Assembly: GCA_051252135.1 (NCBI GenBank)
Contig: JBPOGH010000003.1
Coordinates: 224,001-288,000, forward strand
Origin: Verrucomicrobiaceae bacterium
GTDB taxonomy: Bacteria; Verrucomicrobiota; Verrucomicrobiia; Verrucomicrobiales; Akkermansiaceae
DNA: 64,000 nucleotides
Direction: 5' to 3'
The notes under the pieces were generated by a model that worked only from the letters and a program-made list of their open reading frames with translations, ran no database searches and was not told where the DNA came from. The position numbers were made by a program, and so were the translations under genes. Below are positions 39,375 through 47,862 of this stretch, piece after piece. Positions within the stretch are counted from its first letter, which is position 1. Every line of letters begins with the position of its first letter.

Positions 39375-40628
39375 CTACCACGGTCTGGCTCGCAGTTGAT
39401 ATGCGGCTTCCCGGACCTCGCCGCCACGGAGGTACTTCACCTTAATTCGATCCCCAGCCTCATGGTGGAGGCGGATGTACACCTGGGCATTAACCGCCAG
39501 AGGGTTGGCGCTCACACCATTAACTGAGAGGACGATGTCCCCTTCCCTCATTCCGGCCTTCTGTCCGTTGGTGTTGACCCAGAATTTTGTGGTTCGGGTT
39601 GCGAAGCTTTTTTCCGGAAGTCCCAACGTTTTTTTCTCCTCGATGGTGAGCGGTTTTCCCCAGAAGCCGGGGAAAGGTTCCATCTTATGGCCGATGGAAC
39701 GACGGTTGAGATCAGTGACCCGCCAGTGAGGAGGCAAGGGGATTTTTCGAGATGCCTTGTCTGTCGTGATGTCGACTGATTGGCGGGCACGTGGAAGATG
39801 ATGAAGGACGTACTGGATGTCGGCAAAGGTGCTCACGCGCTGGCCATCGACGGTCCGGATCTGCTCCCCGGACCTGAGGCCGGCCAATGCAGCGGAACCG
39901 GTAGCGGCTTCGATGACGGTGGGATCGTCCACCTTGAGGGCCAGTCCCAGCCTGGTGGGATCGGGGAAGATCCAGGGCATTGTTTTCTTGTCAAAATCTG
40001 CCAAAGCGAACAATTCCACCGCTTGTCCCTCGGCAACTTGGTGGCAGTGGACACATTGGTTTTTCTGCACCACTTTTTTGACGTTGGGGAAGGTCTGCGA
40101 CATTCGCGAGCGATTTGCGGCAGCGGGTTTCCACTCCCCTGCCCTCCACTCTTTGTGCAACTTAAGGCCCCGCTTCAGTGCAACAATGGCGCTCGGGAGA
40201 GAAAGAAAGGTCTCGGATCCGGCATCGGTGCGGGCGCCGTAGCGGAGGTAGACTTCATTCTGATGATTGATGACGAAGAGTCCGAAGGTGGTGTTGAAAT
40301 CGAACTCAAAGATTCCGATGTCGACCTCCGCCATGTTCGTGATTCTCAGGCGCACAAATTGCTCCTGCAGTTTTGCCAACGGACTGTCTTTTTCAGGATG
40401 CACAAACTGTGCCTCAAACTCACGGCAAGCCGCTCAACTTTCTCACCGGAACTCTACCAGAATCGGTTTACCGGTTTGGCGCGACTGCTCTCTGGCTTCC
40501 CCGGGATTGGCGAGCCAAGGCAGTGTCGATTCGAAGGCGGGCGCGGGGGTGTGTTTCTCTTCAGCAGTTAGTTCAGGTGACAAGAAGCAGGCCCAAATTA
40601 GGGCCAGAGCCGGAGTCGAGATTTTCAT
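39375..40628 (-). CDS. Thioredoxin_7/PDZ-domain selenoprotein, 417 aa, two in-frame TGA codons (40445-40443 and 40436-40434)
   Basis: ORFs 40443-40628 and 39375-40403 share a frame; the junction reads GKPILVEFR-TGA-E-S-TGA-A-A-C-REFEAQFVHPEK; signal peptide, CVHCH, two PDZ-like domains. Confidence 0.82.
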
Positions 40629-40661
40629 AGCCGCGATCTTACCGCGTTGGAACGGACCTAG

Positions 40662-41138
40662 CTAGTTGAGAATCGCGTATCCGGCATTGAGGTAGGTGGC
40701 GTAAGAAACCCAGAGCAGGTAGGGAACGAGAAGAAGTGCCGCGGGCTTTGAGAATCTTTTAAACTCCCGAATGGTCAGGATGATGAAGATCCAAAGGAGG
40801 ACAATGATGACCAAAGCAACCTCAATAAGGTGGGCTCCAAAGAATGCGGGGGTCCACACCAGATTGAGAAGGAGTTGAGTGAAAAACAAGAAGGTGGGAC
40901 GCGTCCGGCCCAACTGAGCGGGGTGACGGTGCCAAAGGAGAGCGAAGCTGACTCCAATCATGGCATAAAGAGTGGTCCAGACGGGGCCAAAGACCCAATT
41001 GGGCGGAGTCCCGGGAGGACTGATCAAATCAGCGTACCAAGTGTCAATGGACGATGTCGTTAGAAAGGCTCCCAGTCCGCCAAGAAGCTGCATGAGAATG
41101 ACGCAGACGACGGATTTAACCACAAGTGAAGATGCCAT
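40662..41138 (-). CDS. tspO: TspO/MBR family protein
   Basis: WY..L..PPGTPPNWVFGPVWTTLY; LLVPYLLWVSYATYLN. Confidence 0.92.
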   Translation of the reverse strand: MASSLVVKSVVCVILMQLLGGLGAFLTTSSIDTWYADLISPPGTPPNWVFGPVWTTLYAMIGVSFALLWHRHPAQLGRTRPTFLFFTQLLLNLVWTPAFFGAHLIEVALVIIVLLWIFIILTIREFKRFSKPAALLLVPYLLWVSYATYLNAGYAILN

Positions 41139-41331
41139 TGTTCTATGTCGGCGACATTGGACGGTTTCGCAAACAAAATTCAACACCCGGCATACGCAAA
41201 ACGGCACCCTCTCTGGTCGGGGTGGATGCCGAGGCTAGGGTCGCTCAGGAGGCTGCGTGAAAGTGGAGTTTTTCATCTGCAATTTACACGTAACAAAATG
41301 AGCGATAGGCGTCGGGAAGAAATGATTCATG

Positions 41332-42066
41332 CTAGCGAACCAGCATCCAGATCGACATTCCGATCATCATGAGGTTTTCGGTGAGCGAAATGAACCCCAA
41401 CGGGACGCCATCCCCTCCCCCGGTGCAGGCGCACTCGAGGTCGCGTTTTTCCAGATAGACCGCCTTGAACACCGAGATGGCACCGACGGTGGCAACGAAG
41501 AGCGCGGCCGGAGCGGCCACCCAAGTGAAGAGGTGGGCAATCATGAGGATGCCCGCTCCAGTTTCAACGAAGGGGTAGAGGTAGGCATAGCGAACATCCT
41601 TTTGGGCAAGGAGGTCGTACTGGACAAAGCCGGTGGTGAAGGCGCTGAGGTTTTGGAGTTTTTGAATCCCGAGCACACACATGCTGATGGAGATGAAGAG
41701 CTCGGCGATCCGTATGGCGGGAAATTCTCCTGTCATCGCAAAGGCCGTGGTGAGGGCCATGAGGAACGAAACGGCGAAGATGGCGATGACCGGTTGGTAG
41801 GTTTTGCTGTCGGCTCCCTCGGGGGGGAGTCCGAGGTGGTCGCGGAGGTCATCGTATCCTCCGATGTTTTGACCCTCGATAAAGATTTGGGGTGTCTCGG
41901 AGTAGCCATTTTCTTCTTTGTAGGCCTTGTTGGCGTCCATCGAGTCGAGATGCTCGTCCTCGATTTCATAGCCCTCGCGCTCGAGAATATCTTTGGCTTT
42001 GATGCCCCAAGGGCAGAGGTGGTCGGGGGTGACCATGCGGACAATTTTTGCGTGCTTCTTTTTCAT
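41332..42066 (-). CDS. Glutaredoxin-MauE/DoxX redox-associated membrane protein
   Basis: HLCPWG, TPQIFI..IGGYDDL; TM segments; YDLLA, CAC, PLGFISLTEN. Confidence 0.85.
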   Translation of the reverse strand: MKKKHAKIVRMVTPDHLCPWGIKAKDILEREGYEIEDEHLDSMDANKAYKEENGYSETPQIFIEGQNIGGYDDLRDHLGLPPEGADSKTYQPVIAIFAVSFLMALTTAFAMTGEFPAIRIAELFISISMCVLGIQKLQNLSAFTTGFVQYDLLAQKDVRYAYLYPFVETGAGILMIAHLFTWVAAPAALFVATVGAISVFKAVYLEKRDLECACTGGGDGVPLGFISLTENLMMIGMSIWMLVR

Positions 42067-42083
42067 TGGGTTTGGGAATCAGG

Positions 42084-42401
42084 TTAGTCGTTCGGAAGAA
42101 GGGCGAGGTATTTATCGGGGTCTTTGTTGAATTTTTTGAGGCACATTTTGCAGCAGAATTTCATCTCCTGGCCCTGATAGACGGTGGTTTGCATCTCGTC
42201 CCATTCATCGAGGGGCTCGTCGGTAACGAGGCACTTATCGAGAGGGTAGGGTTTGATTTTTGGTGGAGTGGGATGGGAAGGTGCAGGCGCGGGACTGGCG
42301 CTCGCGACCGGAGAGCTGGCAGCGGGTTCAGGTGCGGCTCCGGTGTGCTGGCAAGAGACAAGTGTGAGCGAAATTCCGGCGATAAAGAGCGTGATTTTCA
42401 T
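42084..42401 (-). CDS. YHS/TRASH-like metal-binding lipoprotein
   Basis: Lipobox LVSC; YPLDKCLVT; KFCCKMC..F..DPDKY. Confidence 0.78.
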   Translation of the reverse strand: MKITLFIAGISLTLVSCQHTGAAPEPAASSPVASASPAPAPSHPTPPKIKPYPLDKCLVTDEPLDEWDEMQTTVYQGQEMKFCCKMCLKKFNKDPDKYLALLPND

Positions 42402-42452
42402 GGGCTAAGGGAGGGAGCGCAGCCTTGGGGCCACGCTCCCGCCTGGTTTAGG

Positions 42453-42728
42453 TTAGAGTTTGGCGAGGTATTTTTCGGGGTTGGCATTGAATTTGGCGAC
42501 GCAGGGCTTGCAGCAAAATTTCACCTCCTGTCCCTTGTGAACGATGGTGATGGGGTCCCCCATCGAGCCGAGCTTGTTATCGGTGACGATGCATTTGTCG
42601 CTGGGGTAGGATTTCACTCCGGTTGCGGACATGTTGTGTCCGGCATGCGGATCGGCAGTGGTGCCGGCGCAGGAATTGAGACCGAAGGCGAGGGCAGAAG
42701 CTGCCGCGATGATGATGGTTGTTTTCAT
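42453..42728 (-). CDS. YHS/TRASH-like metal-binding lipoprotein (paralog)
   Basis: Lipobox LNSC; PHAGHNM; YPSDKCIVT; KFCCKPC..F..NPEKY. Confidence 0.78.
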   Translation of the reverse strand: MKTTIIIAAASALAFGLNSCAGTTADPHAGHNMSATGVKSYPSDKCIVTDNKLGSMGDPITIVHKGQEVKFCCKPCVAKFNANPEKYLAKL

Positions 42729-42756
42729 AGTTTTTTTTATTTTTGGGTTTGGAGAT

Positions 42757-44760
42757 TTAGAAGCGGAATTCGAGTCCGGCACCCCATCCGTGCTCATTGT
42801 GATAGGAGCCGGTGAGGGAAAATTCTTTGTTCAGGAGATACGAGGCGCCCGCCATCCATTCGAGTTCGGTGTTGGTGTCGTATCTGACATCACCATGAAT
42901 GGAGAATCGGGGTGTGATCTGGAATTCCTTCCCTAGATTGAGGCGCGCGTCGCCCTCGGAATCGAGGGTGAGGCTGCTCTTTACGAAGTAAGGCAGGAGG
43001 TAGTTCACTCCGGCAAAGGCGCGATCTTCCGCGTTGTGAATGTTGGTCAGGCGGTAGCCGACAATCGAGCTGAGGCGAGGGTTGAAATAGTGCGACCAGA
43101 AGGCGTCGATCTCGTATTCCTGATGGTGGTGAAAACCGTAGTCCCACATGAGACCGTAGTTTTCACGCCCTTTCATGAGCATAGCGTTGCCCATCGTCAT
43201 GTTGTTCAGAAGGGTGCCATCGACCATGAAAAAGGAAGGGTTGATGAGCTTGGGATCGAGGGCTGGTTGATAGTCGGGATCCTGGGCAGCGCGGTAGGAG
43301 AAGACCCGGGCCATGCCGGCATCCATGTGGTAGAGGAGGTGGCAATGGAAAAACCAGTCGCCCTCTTCATTGGCAAGGAACTGGATGGTGCGCCGCCCCA
43401 TGGGAGGGACGTCCACGGTGTGCTTGAGCGGCGAGTTGGCGCCGTATCGATTGAGCAAGCGGAAGAAGTGCCCGTGGAGATGCAAGGGGTGATGCATCAT
43501 GGTGTCATTGATGAGTTCGATCTCGAGGACCTCGCCCTTGGTGACCGGGATGGTGGAGTCTTCGGCCAGGGTTTTGCCATTAAAAGACCAGAGGTAACGG
43601 GTCATGTCGCCGGTGAGACGGAGTTCGATCTTACGGGCGGTTTTTCCTTTGAAGTCGGTAGCGGCGGGCGATTTTAAGAAGGCATAGGGCGCGGTGGGAC
43701 GGTGGGCTTTGCGAAGCGAAGCGAGCGGGACACCTTCATCCTGAAGGGCACCCATGAGCATGTGATCCATGCTGTAGAGCTCCGGCGACGGAAGTCCGTG
43801 CGCGGAGACTTTTTCACCTGATCCCAGAAAAACCGAGGCGTGGCCGGAATTGTCCTGGGCGGTGGTCCGGAACTCGAATGAGCCCGACTTGGGAATGGTG
43901 ACGATGACATCGTAGGTTTCGGCCATGCCCATGAGGAGGTGGTCGACTTTGGTGGGAACGACATCCATGCCATCCGCTGATACGATGGTGAGCGGGCCGG
44001 TGGCGGAGTGGGCGTAGAAATAGGTGGAAGCTCCGGCATTGATGAGACGCAGGCGAACGCGCTCGCCGGGTTTGGCGGCGATGGCGGTCTCGGTTTTTCC
44101 ATTAATCAGGAAGGCATCATAGGCGACATCCGAAACATCCATGGGAGGCATGCGGACCTTTTCACGATCAAGATAGTCCTGTAATTTACCGGCTTTGAAA
44201 GCTCCGGCAAGGGATTGGGCATTCCCTTTTCGAATGCCATACCACTCCGAGCCACGCATGAGCGTGCGCATGACTTCTTCGGGGTTTTCGTTGGTCCAAT
44301 CGGAAAGGACAAGGACGTGATCTTGGTCTGTCTTGACCCGCTCGCCGCCCCGTGGGGTGACCACGATGGAGCCATAGACGCCACGCTGTTCCTGAAGTCC
44401 GGTATGGCTGTGATACCAATAGGTGCCGGCGTGCCTCAGGGGGAAACGGAAGGTGCGGCTGCTGCCTGGTTGAATTGGTGGGGTGGTTAGGTAAGGGACG
44501 CCGTCCTCTGCATTGGGAACGAGGAGTCCGTGCCAGTGGATGGAAGTTTCTTCGGCATCGAGGGCGTTGTGGACGGTGATGACGGCAGTATCGCCTTCGC
44601 GAAATCGCAGGGTCGGCCCTGGGATTCCGCCGTTGATGGTGAGGGCGGTTCGGGGCTTCCCGGCCGGGGCCAGCTTGGTCTCAGCGATGGTGAGATCATA
44701 AGTCCGGGGTGCTGCAATCGCAGGCAGAGTAGCAAAAAGAAGTAGTAGAAGTGATTTCAT
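42757..44760 (-). CDS. Multicopper oxidase (CopA/PcoA type) with C-terminal CopB-like beta domain
   Basis: HWHG, WYHSH, HPLHLHGH, HCHLLYHM; aromatic-rich beta C-terminus ending FRF. Confidence 0.9.
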   Translation of the reverse strand: MKSLLLLLFATLPAIAAPRTYDLTIAETKLAPAGKPRTALTINGGIPGPTLRFREGDTAVITVHNALDAEETSIHWHGLLVPNAEDGVPYLTTPPIQPGSSRTFRFPLRHAGTYWYHSHTGLQEQRGVYGSIVVTPRGGERVKTDQDHVLVLSDWTNENPEEVMRTLMRGSEWYGIRKGNAQSLAGAFKAGKLQDYLDREKVRMPPMDVSDVAYDAFLINGKTETAIAAKPGERVRLRLINAGASTYFYAHSATGPLTIVSADGMDVVPTKVDHLLMGMAETYDVIVTIPKSGSFEFRTTAQDNSGHASVFLGSGEKVSAHGLPSPELYSMDHMLMGALQDEGVPLASLRKAHRPTAPYAFLKSPAATDFKGKTARKIELRLTGDMTRYLWSFNGKTLAEDSTIPVTKGEVLEIELINDTMMHHPLHLHGHFFRLLNRYGANSPLKHTVDVPPMGRRTIQFLANEEGDWFFHCHLLYHMDAGMARVFSYRAAQDPDYQPALDPKLINPSFFMVDGTLLNNMTMGNAMLMKGRENYGLMWDYGFHHHQEYEIDAFWSHYFNPRLSSIVGYRLTNIHNAEDRAFAGVNYLLPYFVKSSLTLDSEGDARLNLGKEFQITPRFSIHGDVRYDTNTELEWMAGASYLLNKEFSLTGSYHNEHGWGAGLEFRF

Positions 44761-44903
44761 TGAGGAATTAAGAGAAGAGATTGTGGCATCAAGGCCGGTG
44801 CTATTGGGCCCGAAAGAGAGGCCCAAGAATGATGGCGAGGACGAATGAGATCGTCGCCAGAGAATGGCTCAAACCACCGGGCAGGCGGTGAGCAGGAAGA
44901 GGA

Positions 44904-45290
44904 TCAAATCCTCAAATTGCCGAGGCGCAGGAAAAGTGAGAGCCCTTGCGGTGGTGGAATGGTAGGGATGGGGCAATCCCGCTGAATAACAGGATGTCGC
45001 GAACTCAACTCCCCTTCCCATGCGAGTGCGGTAGGAGCTGAAACTTTTGGGTTTTCCGGCTGAGCGAAGGGTGTCCACAAATGATCTGCCAGCTCCAAAG
45101 TTTGCTTCTCGGGACAGTTCTCACATGGTTCCGTGTCCACGCAAAACGGACAGGCCGGAGCGACCTCACAAGCGCACTCGACAAGGTAAAAGCTCTTGGA
45201 ACACGAGCAGAAGCCAACCCCCGGATACTTAAAAAGTATCGCGGCGATCATGACGACGCCAAACGCCGCCGCTGAAAAGCTCCGAATCAT
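44904..45290 (-). CDS. Small Cys-rich protein upstream of the multicopper oxidase gene
   Basis: Hydrophobic N-terminus; CSC, CAC, CPFC, CENC; C-terminal PPP...LRI. Confidence 0.55.
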   Translation of the reverse strand: MIRSFSAAAFGVVMIAAILFKYPGVGFCSCSKSFYLVECACEVAPACPFCVDTEPCENCPEKQTLELADHLWTPFAQPENPKVSAPTALAWEGELSSRHPVIQRDCPIPTIPPPQGLSLFLRLGNLRI

Positions 45291-45477
45291 CTTTGTATAA
45301 TCTAAGGGTAAGAGGCATTTCTTCAAGGAGTATTCCCCTCGGTGAAAAATTAGGGATCAAACTGGAACCATCATCCACCGGGCATCCTGTTTCTCATTGG
45401 TTTTGGATTGACCCAACACCACCAAATCCGGCCCTGCAAGATGCCCCGGGTGGCTTCCGGAGAACGGATTCCACGAC

Positions 45478-45514
45478 AAAAAAGAACCCCCTGCTGAAGA
45501 ACAGCGGGGGGCTC
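45478..45514 (-). terminator. Rho-independent terminator
   Basis: Minus strand: GAGCCCCCCGCTG-TTCTT-CAGCAGGGGGTTC followed by a T-run, just after the 45534 stop. Confidence 0.75.
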
Positions 45515-45533
45515 AGGAAAGTTAATCTGTCGA

Positions 45534-46394
45534 CTATCCTTCGAACGTCAGCCCGCGGAACTCGTTCGCGGCAGCGGTGACGGCGCGCTCAATGGGGAGG
45601 CGCTCAGTGGAGCTGCCGGTCCAGAAGCCGTGGCCGCTGGTGTGATTGAGCATGTATTGGGCGTCGGACGGGGTTTCCATGGCGGCGCCATGGGCGACGA
45701 GGATGGTGTCGGGGCTGAGCTCGCGGCACTTTTGGTAGACTTTTTCGGTCTGCTCGGCGGTTTCCTCGATGGTCATGCCATTGTCATAGCCTTTGATCCC
45801 GCCCTTGGTGGTACCGGCGTGGTAGCAGAAGATGTGGGGCTTGGCCTGCTCGCAAATGGCGTAGGAATCTTCCTCGGTGAAGGCGAGTCCGACGGAGACC
45901 ATGTTCATTTCTTCTTTGGCGAGGATGAGCATGTCGATCTCGTTCTGAAGGGTGATGCCGGCGGAGGTCATGACCTTGAAAATTTCGGAGTCGTGGTCGA
46001 TGTAGGAGATGGAAGGTCCGATGTTGGAAACGGACTGGACTCCCATGTCGAGGCACTGCTGGAGGACCATGCGCATGTCCTTGAGGGGATCGTTGGCGTT
46101 AAGGCAGGCGCAGACGAAGGCTTTGCCATCGAGCGCGGGCATGATGTCCTCGCGGGTGTAGTCGAGGGTCTGTTTGTTTGAGTCGAGAATGGGCCACATC
46201 ATGGACATGGTGCCCATTCCATTGGAGCGGAGGCGGGCACCGGAGAAGGTGTTGATGCAGTCGGTGCCGGAGGCTTCCTGGAGTTTGGCAACGAGGCCGG
46301 ATCCCGCGGAGGAGATCATGATGGGGATGCGGGCGTCGACTTTCGCTTTAAGGTTGGCGAGGATCTGTTCGGTGGTAAGGCGTTTTGTGATCAT
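45534..46394 (-). CDS. Phosphoenolpyruvate hydrolase family / TIM-barrel signal transduction protein (Tm-1 C-terminal type)
   Basis: GSGLVAK, ANDPL, HAGTTKGG, AHG, GFWTGSSTERLPIE. Confidence 0.85.
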   Translation of the reverse strand: MITKRLTTEQILANLKAKVDARIPIMISSAGSGLVAKLQEASGTDCINTFSGARLRSNGMGTMSMMWPILDSNKQTLDYTREDIMPALDGKAFVCACLNANDPLKDMRMVLQQCLDMGVQSVSNIGPSISYIDHDSEIFKVMTSAGITLQNEIDMLILAKEEMNMVSVGLAFTEEDSYAICEQAKPHIFCYHAGTTKGGIKGYDNGMTIEETAEQTEKVYQKCRELSPDTILVAHGAAMETPSDAQYMLNHTSGHGFWTGSSTERLPIERAVTAAANEFRGLTFEG

Positions 46395-47131
46395 GAATTT
46401 AGGAATTGATTGAGGTGTTGATTGAGAGATTTTTGGTAAGCTTCTGGCTCGTGGTAGCGGGCAGGAAGATGGGCGATTTGGACATTGGGTAACGCTGCGG
46501 CGATTGTTGCGGCGACGGTTTCAGGGTGAAGATCGTCACGCGGGCTGTCGAGCACGAGAGTCCGGTTTGGGATTTTTGAGAGCTCAGCCAAGGATTGGAA
46601 AGGGCAGTCGTGCCACATTTTGTCGAGGACTGAGTTATCGGGACGTTGATAGAGATCGAGGACACCTTTTGCCACCGGGGGGTTGTTGGTGGCGAGCGTT
46701 TGGTAGGCAGCGTGGGACTCAAAGTCTGCCTGGGAAAGTCGCCCCGGCAAGGCCGCGAGTTCGAGGTGAGGTGGACACGGAAAATCGAGCCACGAAGGGC
46801 GAAGGACAATTAATTTTTTCACCCTCGTGGGATAACGCAGAGCGATATTGAGCGAGATTCCCGAGCCCATGGAAAGGCCGCCAAGGTGGCAGGAGTCGAT
46901 GCCGTAGTGATCCATCAATGCGATGACATGATCGGCAAAGGAATCAAAAGAGTAGGTCTCCGGGTCAAAGCCCACGGAATCCCCATGACCGGGCAGGTCG
47001 GGGGCGATGACTCGGAAGCCGGGCAGGTCATCGAGACCCTTGGTGGTCTGGGAGCGTCCGGCACCGAGGCCGTGAAGAAAAACCAGTGGAGTCCCCTCAT
47101 TGGGGCCGATGCAGGCGTGTGCGAGAATCAT
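46391..47131 (-). CDS. Alpha/beta fold hydrolase
   Basis: FLHGLG, DLPGHGDS, GLSMG nucleophile elbow; overlaps both neighbouring genes. Confidence 0.85.
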   Translation of the reverse strand: MILAHACIGPNEGTPLVFLHGLGAGRSQTTKGLDDLPGFRVIAPDLPGHGDSVGFDPETYSFDSFADHVIALMDHYGIDSCHLGGLSMGSGISLNIALRYPTRVKKLIVLRPSWLDFPCPPHLELAALPGRLSQADFESHAAYQTLATNNPPVAKGVLDLYQRPDNSVLDKMWHDCPFQSLAELSKIPNRTLVLDSPRDDLHPETVAATIAAALPNVQIAHLPARYHEPEAYQKSLNQHLNQFLNS

Positions 47132-47730
47132 TAGTCGGGGCGGGGCATTTCGAATTGAGTGTCGGTGCGGGCATACCAATCAGGCGAAGCCATGCGACCC
47201 AGCGGGTGATAGGCACCGTGGTTGAGATAACCTTTTTCATCAAAGAGTCCATCACGGGCATGGACCAAATGGACGATCCCAATAATGAGTCGGTTGGTGC
47301 CAATTTCCAATGTCGAATGCTCGGTGCACTCGAGGGCCACCGGGGCTTCAGCGATGCGGGGAACGGCGATCTTTTCCGTTGGAACGGTAGTGAGCGGGAG
47401 TCCGGCCAATTCGCTTTCGCCATGAGGGAGGGAAGCGGCGGTGGCTACCATCGCTTCGCCGAGCGGCTCATCGACCATATGAACGACAAACTCACCGGTG
47501 CGCCGAATGTTGCGAGCGGTGTCCTTGGGTGTCTCCCGATCTCTGTTTCCCGGCGCAAAAGCGACGATGGGAGGATTGGACCCAAAGACATTGAAAAAGG
47601 AAAATGGCGCGGCGTTCAAACGACCCTCGGAATCGACCGTAGTAACCCAAGCGATCGGCCGCGGGGTTACGAGCGAAGCGAGAATTCGGTATCGATCGCC
47701 GGCGGGCAGGGTATCGAGGTTGAAAGTCAT
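47131..47730 (-). CDS. Flavin reductase family protein
   Basis: PRPIAWVTT, NAAPFSFFN, KDTARNI..GEFVV. Confidence 0.9.
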   Translation of the reverse strand: MTFNLDTLPAGDRYRILASLVTPRPIAWVTTVDSEGRLNAAPFSFFNVFGSNPPIVAFAPGNRDRETPKDTARNIRRTGEFVVHMVDEPLGEAMVATAASLPHGESELAGLPLTTVPTEKIAVPRIAEAPVALECTEHSTLEIGTNRLIIGIVHLVHARDGLFDEKGYLNHGAYHPLGRMASPDWYARTDTQFEMPRPD

Positions 47731-47862
47731 TGAATGATCAGCAAGAGAAGTGGCGAGAGAATCGCGTGACAAAGAGGCCTCCTCAACCCTTTTAACTTGA
47801 AGAGCGGTTTCTCTTGAAGTTGTCTGACAGAAGTGCCGCGATGTCGGTTTGCCTCAAATTCT

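Noticed and set aside
40434..40445. Alternative genetic code (TGA = Trp/Gly) or simple nonsense mutations as the cause of the in-frame TGAs
   Set aside because: Many genes end properly at TGA (1349, 5426, 33145, 37035), and two independent stops landing in CxxCxxC register is unlikely; a pseudogene is not fully excluded.
45378..45450. Imperfect inverted repeat (CCGGGCATCCTG ... CAAGATGCCCCGG) as a mobile-element end of the copper block
   Set aside because: Short and degenerate, with no matching end or target duplication on the other side; at most a REP remnant.
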